DNA of 18,217 bases from Octopus sinensis. Lineage: Eukaryota. A program made the translations under genes and the position numbers. The DNA lies in NCBI RefSeq assembly GCF_006345805.1, contig NW_021824490.1, positions 1 to 18,217 of the forward strand, read 5' to 3'. Of this stretch, positions 1 through 9,940 are shown piece after piece (within the stretch, counting starts at the first letter, position 1; the number at the start of each line of letters is the position of its first letter). The notes under the pieces are model-generated. The model did no database searches. It worked only from the letters and a program-made list of their open reading frames with translations, and was not told the DNA's origin.

Positions 1-45
1 TATATAGTCAAAAATTGTGAAGCAATGACTGTCACCACTATTACA

Positions 46-89
46 TGAACCTGAAGATTGCAGAATTTAATGCATGAAAGTACAGTTCA
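46..89 (+). ncRNA. Minimal type I hammerhead ribozyme motif, probably inactive (U16.1 missing)
   Basis: Stem I TGAAC (46-50)/GTTCA (85-89); core CTGAAGA (51-57); T; stem II TGCA (59-62)/TGCA (71-74); T; GAAA (76-79); GTAC-A. Restoring one T gives palindromic AGTACT plus a UA site. Confidence 0.55.
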
Positions 90-246
90 ATCAGAATGAA
101 CATTTTAACATTCTACTATTTATTATTCTATTATATTATCTTATATTATATCATTATAAGATTATAAATAAAACGTGAAAATCAGACAAGGTTGGAATTC
201 CTTTTATTAATATATTCTTCTATACACAATGACACACACCCGTACT

Positions 247-416
247 ATATATATATATATGTATGATAGAATTCTATATATATATATTATATATATATAT
301 ATATATAAGGTATACTATATTATACTATATAGATATATACTATATATACATATATATTTATATATAATATGTATATATATATTGTAGATATATATATGTA
401 TATATATATGTATATA

Positions 417-447
<31 letters not shown>

Positions 448-467
448 TTAATATTTATATATATTTA

Positions 468-511
<44 letters not shown>

Positions 512-520
512 TTATATATA
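247..520. repeat. Imperfect (TA)n microsatellite
   Basis: Direct reading; explains the Y/I-rich ORFs. Confidence 0.95.
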
Positions 521-921
521 TTCTTTTACTCTTTTACCTCTTTACTTCCATCTCGGAGCACCGCCTTTAGTCGTGTAAATCGACACCAGGTCTTATTCTT
601 TGGAAGCCTAATACGTATTCTATCGGTCTCTTTTGCTGAACCGCTAAGTTATGAGAACGTAAACACACTACCATCGGTTGTCAAGCGATGTTGGGGGGAC
701 AAACACAGACACACAAGCGTATACACACACATACATATATATAAATATACATATATACGACGGGCTTCTTTCAGTTTCCGTCCACCAAGTTCTCTCACAG
801 GACTTTGGTCGGCCCGACGCTATAGTAGAAGACACTTGACCAAGGTGCCACGCAGTGGGACTGAACCCGGAACCATGTGGTTGGTAAACAAGCTACTTTA
901 CCTCACAGCCACTCCTACGCC
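521..921 (-). mobile_element. tRNA-derived SINE, family A (CORE-like segment, internal TG/TA microsatellite)
   Basis: Minus strand starts GGCGTAGGAGTGGCTGTG; B-box-like GGTTCAGTCCC; CACCTTGGTCAAGTGTCTTCT (resembles the CORE CCTTGGGCAAGT segment); 3' tail ...AAAAGAGTAAAAGAA. Homologous to 4845-5253 and 7586-8003. Confidence 0.9.
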
Positions 922-1420
922 TATATTATTAATATATATACACTTATATACCTCTGAGTGAGTGGAAGACAGAGTGAGAAAGAGAGAAAGAGAGACAGAA
1001 AAAATGTGGGAATATTGACAAATATTTATCTAGCTAGCTGAGCTTAACGCATACGTATCTATTAGTCTATCAGTCCATCAATATATCAGCATGAATTGTA
1101 TACACTTCCTAAGCTACCAATCTATCTATAAGTAGCTATCTTGCTAGCTAATTGAAAGAGAACATGTGCGATTTTAGTTCTGTTGTTGCTTTAATTGTGG
1201 TCATACCGTATAAAAATGCATAAATGTCATGTTAACACTAGATGCTATTAAAAAACACTACAAACGAGGGGGAAAAATATGGCGAATCTTCTTCATTCAT
1301 TTTGATTTCTTCGCATTACTTTGAAGTTGGCGGAAGTCATTTGTTCGCCATTTAAATGGAGGCTGTTATAATCTTGTTGTTAGTTTTGTTACCACTGCTG
1401 CTCCTACTACTTCCGTTATA

Positions 1421-1443
1421 GTTGTTGTTGTTATTGCTTTTGC

Positions 1444-1480
<37 letters not shown>

Positions 1481-1510
1481 GCTGTTGTTGTTGCTGTTGT
1501 TGATGTTTTT
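1421..1510. repeat. (GTT)n/(GCT) trinucleotide microsatellite
   Basis: Direct reading. Confidence 0.9.
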
Positions 1511-1635
1511 TTTCCCTTCCTTTCCTGTGTTCCTTTAGCCTCATGTTGAACGTTCTCTTAGCTTCATTACCACAACCTTCACAACCAGCGCCTCCGCTAT
1601 TGAAATTCTCGCCTCCATAATCGTTGCAACAAAAA

Positions 1636-1760
1636 TGATGATGACGGAGATGATGATGATGATGATGATGACAACGACGACGATGACGACGACAATAATG
1701 ATGATGGTGTGAGTGATGATGGTGATAATGATAAAGATGAAGATGATGATGATGATGATA

Positions 1761-1796
<36 letters not shown>

Positions 1797-1933
1797 ATCA
1801 TCATCATCATTATCCCGATCTACCTCAACCTACTCCTTTCCCTTGTTAACATCTTCAGCGTTATCACCATAATCACACTCACCCGCCACCCCGCTCCACT
1901 ACCGACGCCATCATCATCGTCGTCATCATCATT

Positions 1934-1975
<42 letters not shown>
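1636..1975. repeat. (GAT)n tract followed by (CAT)n tracts
   Basis: Direct reading; source of the poly-M/I/D/S ORFs. Confidence 0.9.
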
Positions 1976-2024
1976 TTGAAGAACCCCGCCGTCATTATTT
2001 CCACGAATGTCTATAAATGCATGC

Positions 2025-2093
2025 ACGTGTGTGTGTGTATGTATGTATATATTATACATATACGTATAGCATATTATATATATATATCTATAT

Positions 2094-2125
<32 letters not shown>

Positions 2126-2667
2126 ATATATATATGCACACATACGCATATCAGATATATATGTGATATATATATATATATATGCATGTATACACACATA
2201 CACAACACACACACACACATATATATATATATATGTGTGTGTGTGTCTGTGTGTGTATATACATATATATACATACATGCCAATAAATCTCTATACAAAT
2301 GCTTGTATGCATGCCTGCATATGTGTGTTTGCAAGCAAGCAGTCAGGTGTAACTTTGCTGAGTGAAGCTAAAACGAAAATAAATGTAACTAAAATTTTAT
2401 CTGTGTTAGTGTGAATTTGTGTATGAGAACACACACACACACACACACGTACACACACACACACACACACACATACACACACACACATACAAACGCACGC
2501 ACTCACACCTGCACACGTACACACACACGCGCGTACGAACACACATGTGTGTATGTTGGATATGTATGTGTACGTACATGTGTGACACCGTGTGTGTATG
2601 TGTGTGTGAGTTTATATGTATGTGTATACGTGTGTGTGTATGTGTGTGTATGTGTGTGTGTGGTGTG

Positions 2668-2698
<31 letters not shown>

Positions 2699-3535
2699 AG
2701 TGTGTGCACGCGCAGGTGCGTTCGTAAATGTGTTCCAATGTTCCGAATGAGTACGTTTTTCTGATTGAGTTTTGTGTGTAGATGCAGAAGTAGTGTTTCT
2801 CTATATTTGTGTGTGTGTATAAGGGTGTGTACATGCGTGTGTGTGTGTGATTGTGTGTGTGATTGTGTGTGTGTGTGTGTAGGTGATTTCATTGATTAGT
2901 AACGAAAGAATACGTGGCTATACATTCACAGACATACATATGTACACACAGTTATACATACAAACATACATACGTGCACACGTCCATTTACACAAACATA
3001 CACATGCACACACACTTACATATATATGATTATAAGTAAAAAAGATATGTGTGGGCGTACATACATGTATGCATGTGTATGTTTCTGAGTGCACGCGCTG
3101 TGTGCGTGTGTATGTGTGTATGTGTGTGTGTGTGTGTGTGTGTGTTTCTGTTTCTGTGTGTGTTAAACGAGAGATAATAGCTGGCGTTTTGGTGCAGCAC
3201 TAAAAGACATCACGAGCTAATGAGAGATGTCAAGATGGCGGACTAATTAGTATGACATCCTGAGGTAGTGTATCAACATACATATGTGTGTGCGTGCGTG
3301 TGTGTGTGAGCATGTGTGCGTGCGTGCATGCGTGCATGTATGTGTTTGTATGAGCGTGTGTGTTTTTACTAATGACACACACACACACACACACATACAT
3401 ATATATGCGTGTGTGTGTGTGTGTATACATATGTGTATGTATGTGTGAGTGTGTGCATATATATATAATATATTGTGTGTATTTTCTATTCGTTTATGCA
3501 TTTTATGTGCGAGTGTAAGAACGCGTGTGCGTACG
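2025..3535. repeat. Mosaic (TG)n/(CA)n/(TA)n low-complexity region
   Basis: Direct reading; source of the H/T- and V/C-rich ORFs. Confidence 0.9.
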
Positions 3536-3662
3536 TGATTTAATTAGGTTACTATTTTTTTTATTGTATTTTAGGTTCCATCATCTTTGGATCCACCGGT
3601 CTTAATGTGCACTGCTTTATAGGTTATTAACATTTTATTCTTTATTTTTATTCTAGATTGCT

Positions 3663-4376
3663 CATGGCTACCGTTTCATGTCACACAAAATGGCAATATC
3701 GCAATATCCGAATGACACACACTCGCTATTTTCGTTGCTTCTCTCTGTTCGTCCCTCTCTTCCTGTCACATATTTTGCAGTGATGTGGTTAATGTCTTAA
3801 AATTTTCTCTTTCATACCCTACATTTGTCGTCAGATTTTGCGTTTTGTCTTTTGTTCCCGATGATTTTTAGATGGTGAAAATGGTGACGCTGCTTGCTAC
3901 AGAATTGCTCGAAAATAGTATTTAGGGTTGAGATGTCATAAACCTGTTGATACTCTATGTCAAACTAGCGCTTTATTCGTGCTTCAACGTTCAGCATTTT
4001 CCGTAAACTCTTCTTCAATTCCTTTTTATTTTTGCTTGTTACCTTATGTAGAATTTACCATTGTTTATTGGAATGGTTCATTGAAAAGAGGAAGTCGCTA
4101 TCGGTTTTGTATTTCACGTCTTTCCTATATGTAATCTTTTTTCAGTAACATTTCCTCTTATTTTTTTTTGTTCGTGTTGAGCAAAACAGTTGTGAGGGTT
4201 CTTGTTAATTAATGGAGTCGTCGTTACTGCAGTGTTACAATCTTTGTTTCATGTGATGTTAGTACGGATTTAATGCTACGACCGCCATCCTTGCGTGGGC
4301 GATATAATCGTTGTACATCTCCGACGATGTTGAAAGTAATAACAGTGAGTCTTTACTCGCTTCTCATTTCTGTGTC
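3663..4376 (-). mobile_element. Decayed RLE-type non-LTR retrotransposon fragment (R4/Dong-like): thumb and CCHC region
   Basis: Manual translation with stops and frameshifts: DVQRLYRPRKDGGRS (4319-4275, thumb motif D.RLY.PRK.GGRG); NRFMTSQ..YYFRAI; KSDDKCRV* (3838-3815) and DINHITA (3796-3776), a decayed CCHC knuckle; RYCHFV*HETVA (3701-3663, RHD-like motif). Confidence 0.75.
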
Positions 4377-4623
4377 ACTTACTTCTTGAAGGTGAGCGTG
4401 TAAGAGTCACGATAGACACCGCGAAGATTCGCCCAAGTACAAAGATTCGCTCAATTACACACACAAACACACACACTCGCACACACACACACAAATACAC
4501 ACACACATTGGCATTTATTTTATCGGTTTCCTTTTGTAAGTATGTGAGTGTGTGTGAGTGAGTGTGTGTTTGTGTATGTGTGTGTGTTTGTATTTGCGTG
4601 TGCGTGTGTGTTTGTACGTGTAA

Positions 4624-4655
<32 letters not shown>

Positions 4656-4681
4656 GTGTTTGTATATGTGTGTGTGTTCGG

Positions 4682-4822
4682 CAATAGAAAACCGACGAAA
4701 TAAATGCCAGACTTAAAAAAAGTACTGGGGTCGATTCGTTCGACTAAAATTCTTTAAGGTGGTGTCGTAGCATGGCCGCTGTCTAATGACTGAAACAAGT
4801 AAAATAATAAAATAAAAAAAAA
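4682..4822 (+). mobile_element. 3' fragment of a family A-related SINE
   Basis: AAGTACTGGGGTCGATTCGTTCGACTAAA...AGCATGGCCGCTGTCTAATGACTGAAACAAGTAAAA matches the 3' end of the copy ending at 5253. Confidence 0.85.
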
Positions 4823-4844
4823 TATATATAATATAAACAGCATA

Positions 4845-5007
4845 GGCGTAGGAGTGGATGTGTGGTAAGCAGCTTGCTTACGAACCACATGGTTCCGGGT
4901 TCAGTGCCACTGCGTGGCACCTTGGGCAAGTGTCTTCTACTATAGCCTAGGGCTGACCAAAGCCTTGTGAGTAGATTTGGTAAACGGAAATTGAGAGAAG
5001 CCCGTCG

Positions 5008-5055
<48 letters not shown>

Positions 5056-5253
5056 GCGTGTGTGTATATGTTTGTGTGTTTGTGTTTGTCCTCCCAACAT
5101 CGCTTGACAACCGATGCTGGTGTGTTTATGTCCCCCTAACCCTAACCCCAAAGAGACCAACAGAATAAGTCGTGAGGTCGATTTGCTTGACTAAAGGCGG
5201 TGCTCCAGCATGGTCACAGTCAAATGACTGAAACAAGTAAAAGTGTAAAAGAA
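4845..5253 (+). mobile_element. tRNA-derived SINE, family A, near full length
   Basis: GGCGTAGGAGTGGATGTGTGG head, GGGTTCAGTGCC B-box-like, CACCTTGGGCAAGTGTCTTCT, internal (TA)/(TG) tract, GACTGAAACAAGTAAAAG tail. Confidence 0.9.
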
Positions 5254-5438
5254 CATTTTGAAATGTTTCACCAAAAAGGAGAATTATAAATGTCCCTAAA
5301 TGTAACGAAGGCGATAGGAAACACCTACATTGCTAGAAATAAGAGTGAAATCCCTCTAATGTTGTAGTTAACGCACATGAATTAAAACATATACACTAAC
5401 AGGGACCATAACCGTCCGTAAAGTGCCGATCGAAAATT

Positions 5439-5489
5439 CTTAATACTAACGCGTCAGTTTCGGCAATTTCCGTTGTCTCATCAATTACG
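5439..5489 (-). ncRNA. Type I hammerhead ribozyme motif, degenerate (C3>U, one stem II mismatch)
   Basis: Minus strand: CGTAA-TTGATGA-GACAA-cggaaa-TTGCC-GAAA-CTGAC-gc-GTTAG-TA-TTAAG. Confidence 0.65.
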
Positions 5490-5729
5490 ACAGCTCGGCT
5501 TCGGTTCTTTCGAGACACATTTAGGTGCGTTAACTACAACTTTAGATTTAGCTCTTATTTCTAGCAATGTAGGTGTTTCCTAACACCCTAGTCACATTTA
5601 GTGGCATTTGTAATTCTTCTTTTTGGCGAAACAGTGCATTAGAGTATCACTAAATCATCCAATTATTTGGATGACGAAAATATAAATACTAATGGGGAAG
5701 CGAGAGTGGAAAGAGCCGAAGCTGAACTG

Positions 5730-5782
5730 TCCTAACTGATGAGGCAACGGAAACTGCGAAAACTGACGCGTTAGTATTAAGA
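5730..5782 (+). ncRNA. Type I hammerhead ribozyme motif, degenerate at the stem II/GAAA junction
   Basis: TCCTAA-CTGATGA (5736-5742)-GGCAA-cggaaa-CTGC-GAAAA-CTGAC-gc-GTTAG-TA-TTAAGA. Combining it with 5439-5489 gives an intact core and a perfect GGCAA/TTGCC stem II. Confidence 0.65.
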
Positions 5783-5822
5783 ATTCGCGATCGGCACTTT
5801 TCATTCATGTGCGTTAACTACA

Positions 5823-6007
5823 GCTCGAAATACGAAACTAGAAAAACAGCCAACAACTGATGAAGGGTAGTTCCTTATGTCGTTTGTTTTGTTTTCCATT
5901 TGTGTTTTTCGTTGTTCGAAAGAATAGTTTATGCTCCATGTACTCGAGCTTCGTACTTTTTGTTGTACACCACGTTTCATGACGTCCTGTGCCCACACAC
6001 ACACACA

Positions 6008-6063
<56 letters not shown>

Positions 6064-6806
6064 TATATATATATATACACGTATAGATGCATGTACATAT
6101 GCGTATGTATATATGCATACATACATATACATATATATATAATTCATATTATTATATGATTGAATGCCACGCATCCTCTTCTAAGTTAGTTTTATCTTAA
6201 TAATTCTGATGCGCACTCTATACGATCTTTTTACTCTTTCGTTTTCCTCTCTTTTATTCTTTTACCGCTTCTTCTCCCACTATTCCATCCTATTACTCTG
6301 TCACTCTCTCTCCCTCACTCCTCGCTTGCTCACGTGACCCCAACGTGACCATCGGCCATCTTTCTTTCTTTCTCTCCGTTGTAGTTGGTTACAAGGAAGT
6401 CGTGTTCTTGTTTGTCTCCTGTCCTAGATTGATTTACGCGTTATCCACCACAACCTCGTTTAGTCTTAGCAGCCCTATCTGTTTGTTTCACTATCCTGTT
6501 TGTGTTACCTATTTTGACCGTCCACAAAATCCCAAATTTTATTTAATTTGCTTTGCCGGAGCAACTGTTTTATCGAAAGCGTATATTGTTGTTAAATGCT
6601 TGAAATACGAGACTAGTTCGTTTGTTTAGCTTTCCATTTGTGTCTTTCGTTGTTCGAAAGAATAGTTTATGTTCCATGCACTCGTTCTTCCTTATTTTTT
6701 TGTTGTACACGTTTCCTGCGCCCACATATGCATGTATATATATATAAATATATATATACATGCATACACGTATAGATGTAAGTATGTACATATACGTATG
6801 CATATA

Positions 6807-6853
<47 letters not shown>

Positions 6854-6916
6854 GTATATATAGATAAATATTATTTATATTATTATATGATTGCACGCCA
6901 CACAAACTCTTCCAAG
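5823..6916 (+). repeat. Imperfect direct repeats (5823-6185 and 6598-6916) around a ~410-bp spacer; unclassified interspersed repeat
   Basis: Both copies share GCT(C/T)GAAATACGA(A/G)ACTAG, TTTCCATTTGTGT(T/C)TTTCGTTGTTCGAAAGAATAGTTTATG, CACGTATAGATG and TATTATTATATGATTG. Confidence 0.8.
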
Positions 6917-7260
6917 AATATATATATATATATATTTATAAACACACACACACACACACACATACATGTATCAGAGCGCGCGCGCGCGCGCGTGTGTGTG
7001 TGTGTGTAATTACTGGTGTCTACATTTCACAGCGAGGCTTATGATCTAAAAATTGCAGATATAATTATATTGAAAATCTTCAGATTATTCAATACACGCG
7101 GCGTTAATGCGTGGTGCATAATGAAGGCATCATTCGAAGGTATATCAAAGCACAGTATGCGAGTAGGTAGATATATTTCAATAAGGAAGATGTATGTCTT
7201 CCTTTGCTGTACTCAACAAATATTACTTAATATACAGTTCTATATTTAAGAGATGAGGAA

Positions 7261-7357
7261 TTATGTACATTATTTACATTATTTACATTCGACGGGCACA
7301 TGGCGTAGTGGTTAAGAGCACGGGCTACTAACCCCAAGATTCCGAGTTCGATTCCAA

Positions 7358-7388
<31 letters not shown>

Positions 7389-7541
7389 TCAAAAAATACC
7401 ATTAGGAATGAGAACCCAGGTTCGAAATTTCCCCAAGACACCTGAAGAATGCGGAGGGTATATCAGCCGAAACGTTGTGTTAACAACAAAGATGAGGACA
7501 AATATCCGTCGAATGTAAATAATGTAAATAATGTAAATAAC
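7261..7541 (+). mobile_element. tRNA-headed SINE-like element with (AAT)n spacer and HHR-bearing tail, preceded by an inverted copy of its own tail
   Basis: A-box TGGCGTAGTGG (7301-7311); B-box GTTCGATTCC (7346-7355); (AAT)n 7357-7386; HHR 7437-7481; tail (ATGTAAATA)n. 7261-7295 is the reverse complement of 7506-7540 (34/35). Confidence 0.8.
7437..7481 (+). ncRNA. Minimal type I hammerhead ribozyme motif with a weakened stem II
   Basis: Stem I GACAC (7437-7441)/GTGTT (7477-7481); core CTGAAGA (7442-7448); ATGCGG-AGGGTATAT-CAGCC; GAAA (7469-7472); palindromic ACGT stem III; GUU site. Confidence 0.6.
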
Positions 7542-7585
7542 ATTATTGAATATATTCTCAATCCAAAATGTGCATCTTTTATATA

Positions 7586-8003
7586 TCTTACCTTTTACTT
7601 GTTTCGGTAATTAGACTTCAGGCATGCTGGGGCCTCACCTTAAAGAGATTTTTGGTCGAAGGAACCCAGGATTTCTTTCTTTAAAGCTTGGTACTTAGTC
7701 TATCGGTCTCTTTTGCCTAACGGCTAATTTACTGGGACGTAAACACACTAATACGTGACAAGCAGTGTTGAGAGTCAAACACACACACGACCACGCGCGT
7801 GCACACGCACATATACACACACACACATACAAGCACACACAAGCACTAACTCAGAACTTCTTTCAGTTTCCGTCTACCAAATCTCATTAGGCTTTGGTCG
7901 ACTCGAGGCTATAGTAGAAGACACTTGCCTAAGGTGTCATGCAGTGGGACTGAACCCAGAACTATGTCGTTGGGAAATAAGCTTCTTACCACACAGCCAC
8001 GCC
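7586..8003 (-). mobile_element. tRNA-derived SINE, family A, older and more diverged copy
   Basis: Same head, CORE-like segment, (TG) tract and tail as 521-921. Confidence 0.85.
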
Positions 8004-8030
8004 TGGCTTATAAATATACAAACATACATA

Positions 8031-8096
<66 letters not shown>

Positions 8097-8139
8097 CCTA
8101 CCTACCTACCTACCTACCTACCTACCTACCTATCTATCT
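8031..8139. repeat. (TATC)n/(TACC)n tetranucleotide microsatellite
   Basis: Direct reading. Confidence 0.95.
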
Positions 8140-8312
8140 GTAAATGCCAGACCAGTAAGGGGAAGCGGCTGACCTCCCCTGTTCGAATGTTATAATGGAC
8201 ATTGGTTCGTATGTCACATAACTTGCTACAGGCCATGGCCTCTTGGAGCTAATATCTAACGGCACCATTCGTCCTATTTTTCTGGACTGCCACGTTAGCT
8301 TGGCGATAACTA

Positions 8313-8725
<413 letters not shown>

Positions 8726-8989
8726 GAATATGAGGGGTTTACTTCACTGATGATCTAAACGAATAGGTACGCTGTGTAAGTGCCATAAATTGGTCATCCG
8801 TTAGATTCGAAGTTTACAGCTGAGTCTGCTGCTAGGGATCCTCAGTATTCTTCCGAGTTAGCAAGTATATCTTAGAGGAGAAAGAATAGCAAAAACCAAG
8901 GCCGGACGAGTATCTCAAGTCATTTAGATAATTTACTTAGAGTAAGGTGAATTTAAGGTAATCAATTAATTAGTGAATTAATTATTGGA

Positions 8990-9067
8990 TGTCTCACAGA
9001 TGTTTCTGGGATATTCCAAGTGATAGATTAACATCTCCACGCACTGGATATTCCACCATCAGAGACA
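8990..9067 (-). ncRNA. Degenerate type I hammerhead motif (A9>G, H17=G) with a long stem II
   Basis: Minus strand: TGTCT-CTGATGG-T-GGAATATCCAGTG...CACTTGGAATATCCC-A-GAAA-CATCTG-TG-AGACA; perfect 5-bp stem I. Confidence 0.6.
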
Positions 9068-9332
9068 AGGTGAGTATGTATGAAAGTTCTAGAAGGGAAT
9101 TCACGGTTTATAAAGGAATAAAATAGTAGATAGAAGAATAAAGGATGAAACAGTAGATAAAATACAGACAGGAGAATAAAGTTCACTGCCCTTCTTCTTC
9201 CAGAGGGTTATCATATTTATCTTCATATTCATTTTCATATTGCCCTTTATACTTTATGTATCTCTTCCTTTGTAAAATAACTTTTTATATAATGAACTCT
9301 ACTAATTCCTTCTATTGCAGCTCACTTAACAC

Positions 9333-9380
9333 ATCTCTGATGATGGGATATCATTGATTTCCCTGAAACAGCTGTAAGGT
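9333..9380 (+). ncRNA. Minimal type I hammerhead ribozyme, core intact
   Basis: Stem I ATCT/AGGT; CTGATGA (9337-9343); T; stem II GGGATATC-att-GATTTCCC (9345-9363); T; GAAA (9365-9368); palindromic ACAGCTGT stem III; GUA site (9374-9376). Confidence 0.75.
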
Positions 9381-9584
9381 CACCTTTCTCCTTATAAATG
9401 TCCTAGAAATATCACATTGCCTTGGCCTCGTTATCTTATTTTATTTAAAATATACACGCTCACACATGACTCGCCTTAAACTCTTCACTCTTACTATTAT
9501 TGAACTGGGTGTTCAACAGCAGTCTTTCCGTAGCACTTACATAGCCTTTCCTGCCTTTTGGGTCTTCTGGAGACCAAAACCTCT

Positions 9585-9652
9585 CATACATTCATACATA
9601 CATACATACATACATACATACATACATACATACATACATACATACATACATA
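9585..9652. repeat. (CATA)n microsatellite
   Basis: Direct reading. Confidence 0.95.
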
Positions 9653-9940
9653 ATACTTACATATATGTCTGTGTGTGTGTGTATGTATGTATGTATACGT
9701 ATATGTACATATGTATGCATATGTATGATGCATATAAACACGATTTGGCTTGATATACACATGTAGATATAAATATACACATGTAGATATATAGAAAGGT
9801 GTATATAGAAAAGGCAAAAACTGAAAATATTCAGAAGATAAACATATGTCAAGCATATAGAAATTCATATATATTGACAAATAAATCTACATGGAGTATG
9901 AAAATAAAATAAATAAGAGGTGCATAATATTTATTAACCG

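Larger units (their letters stand above)
5264..5822. mobile_element. HHR-bearing non-autonomous element (retrozyme/PLE-terminal-repeat-like): minus copy 5264-5511 plus a permuted plus-strand monomer 5525-5822
   Basis: 5264-5376 is an inverted repeat of 5525-5633, with a perfect 31-bp core (5315-5345/5552-5582). 5420-5511 is an inverted repeat of 5709-5800 (81/92). GTGCGTTAACTACA occurs at 5525-5538 and 5809-5822 (284-bp period). Both orientations carry an HHR motif. Confidence 0.7.
8850..9470. mobile_element. Diverging pair of PLE-terminal-repeat-like remnants (minus ~8850-9180, plus ~9190-9470), each with an HHR
   Basis: Purine-rich to pyrimidine-rich switch near 9185. Related HHRs at 8990-9067 (-) and 9333-9380 (+). 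Flanks share AATTCC(C)TTCTA upstream and TAAATG(A/T)C(T/C)T..(A)GA(T/A)A and GGCCT(T/C) downstream. Boundaries approximate. Confidence 0.5.

Noticed and set aside
467-961. ORFs containing RRHL.KVPRSGTEPGTMW, recurring at 4783-5160 and 7755-8195
   Set aside because: They are the antisense reading of SINE family A, not a gene family.
369-3501. Many long ORFs (poly-Y/I, H/T, V/C, M/I/D)
   Set aside because: Stop-free frames of TA, CA, TG and GAT microsatellites; no domain content.
7293-7356. tRNA gene
   Set aside because: A and B boxes are perfect, but there is no acceptor-stem 3' strand or T-run terminator; it runs into (AAT)n and a retro-tail, so it is a SINE head.
9000-9069. Plus-strand 70-nt coding exon (CFWDIPSDRLTSPRTGYSTIRDK) with GTGAGT donor
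   Set aside because: Coincides with the minus-strand HHR repeat, has a weak polypyrimidine tract and no recognisable protein; kept only as an exonisation possibility.
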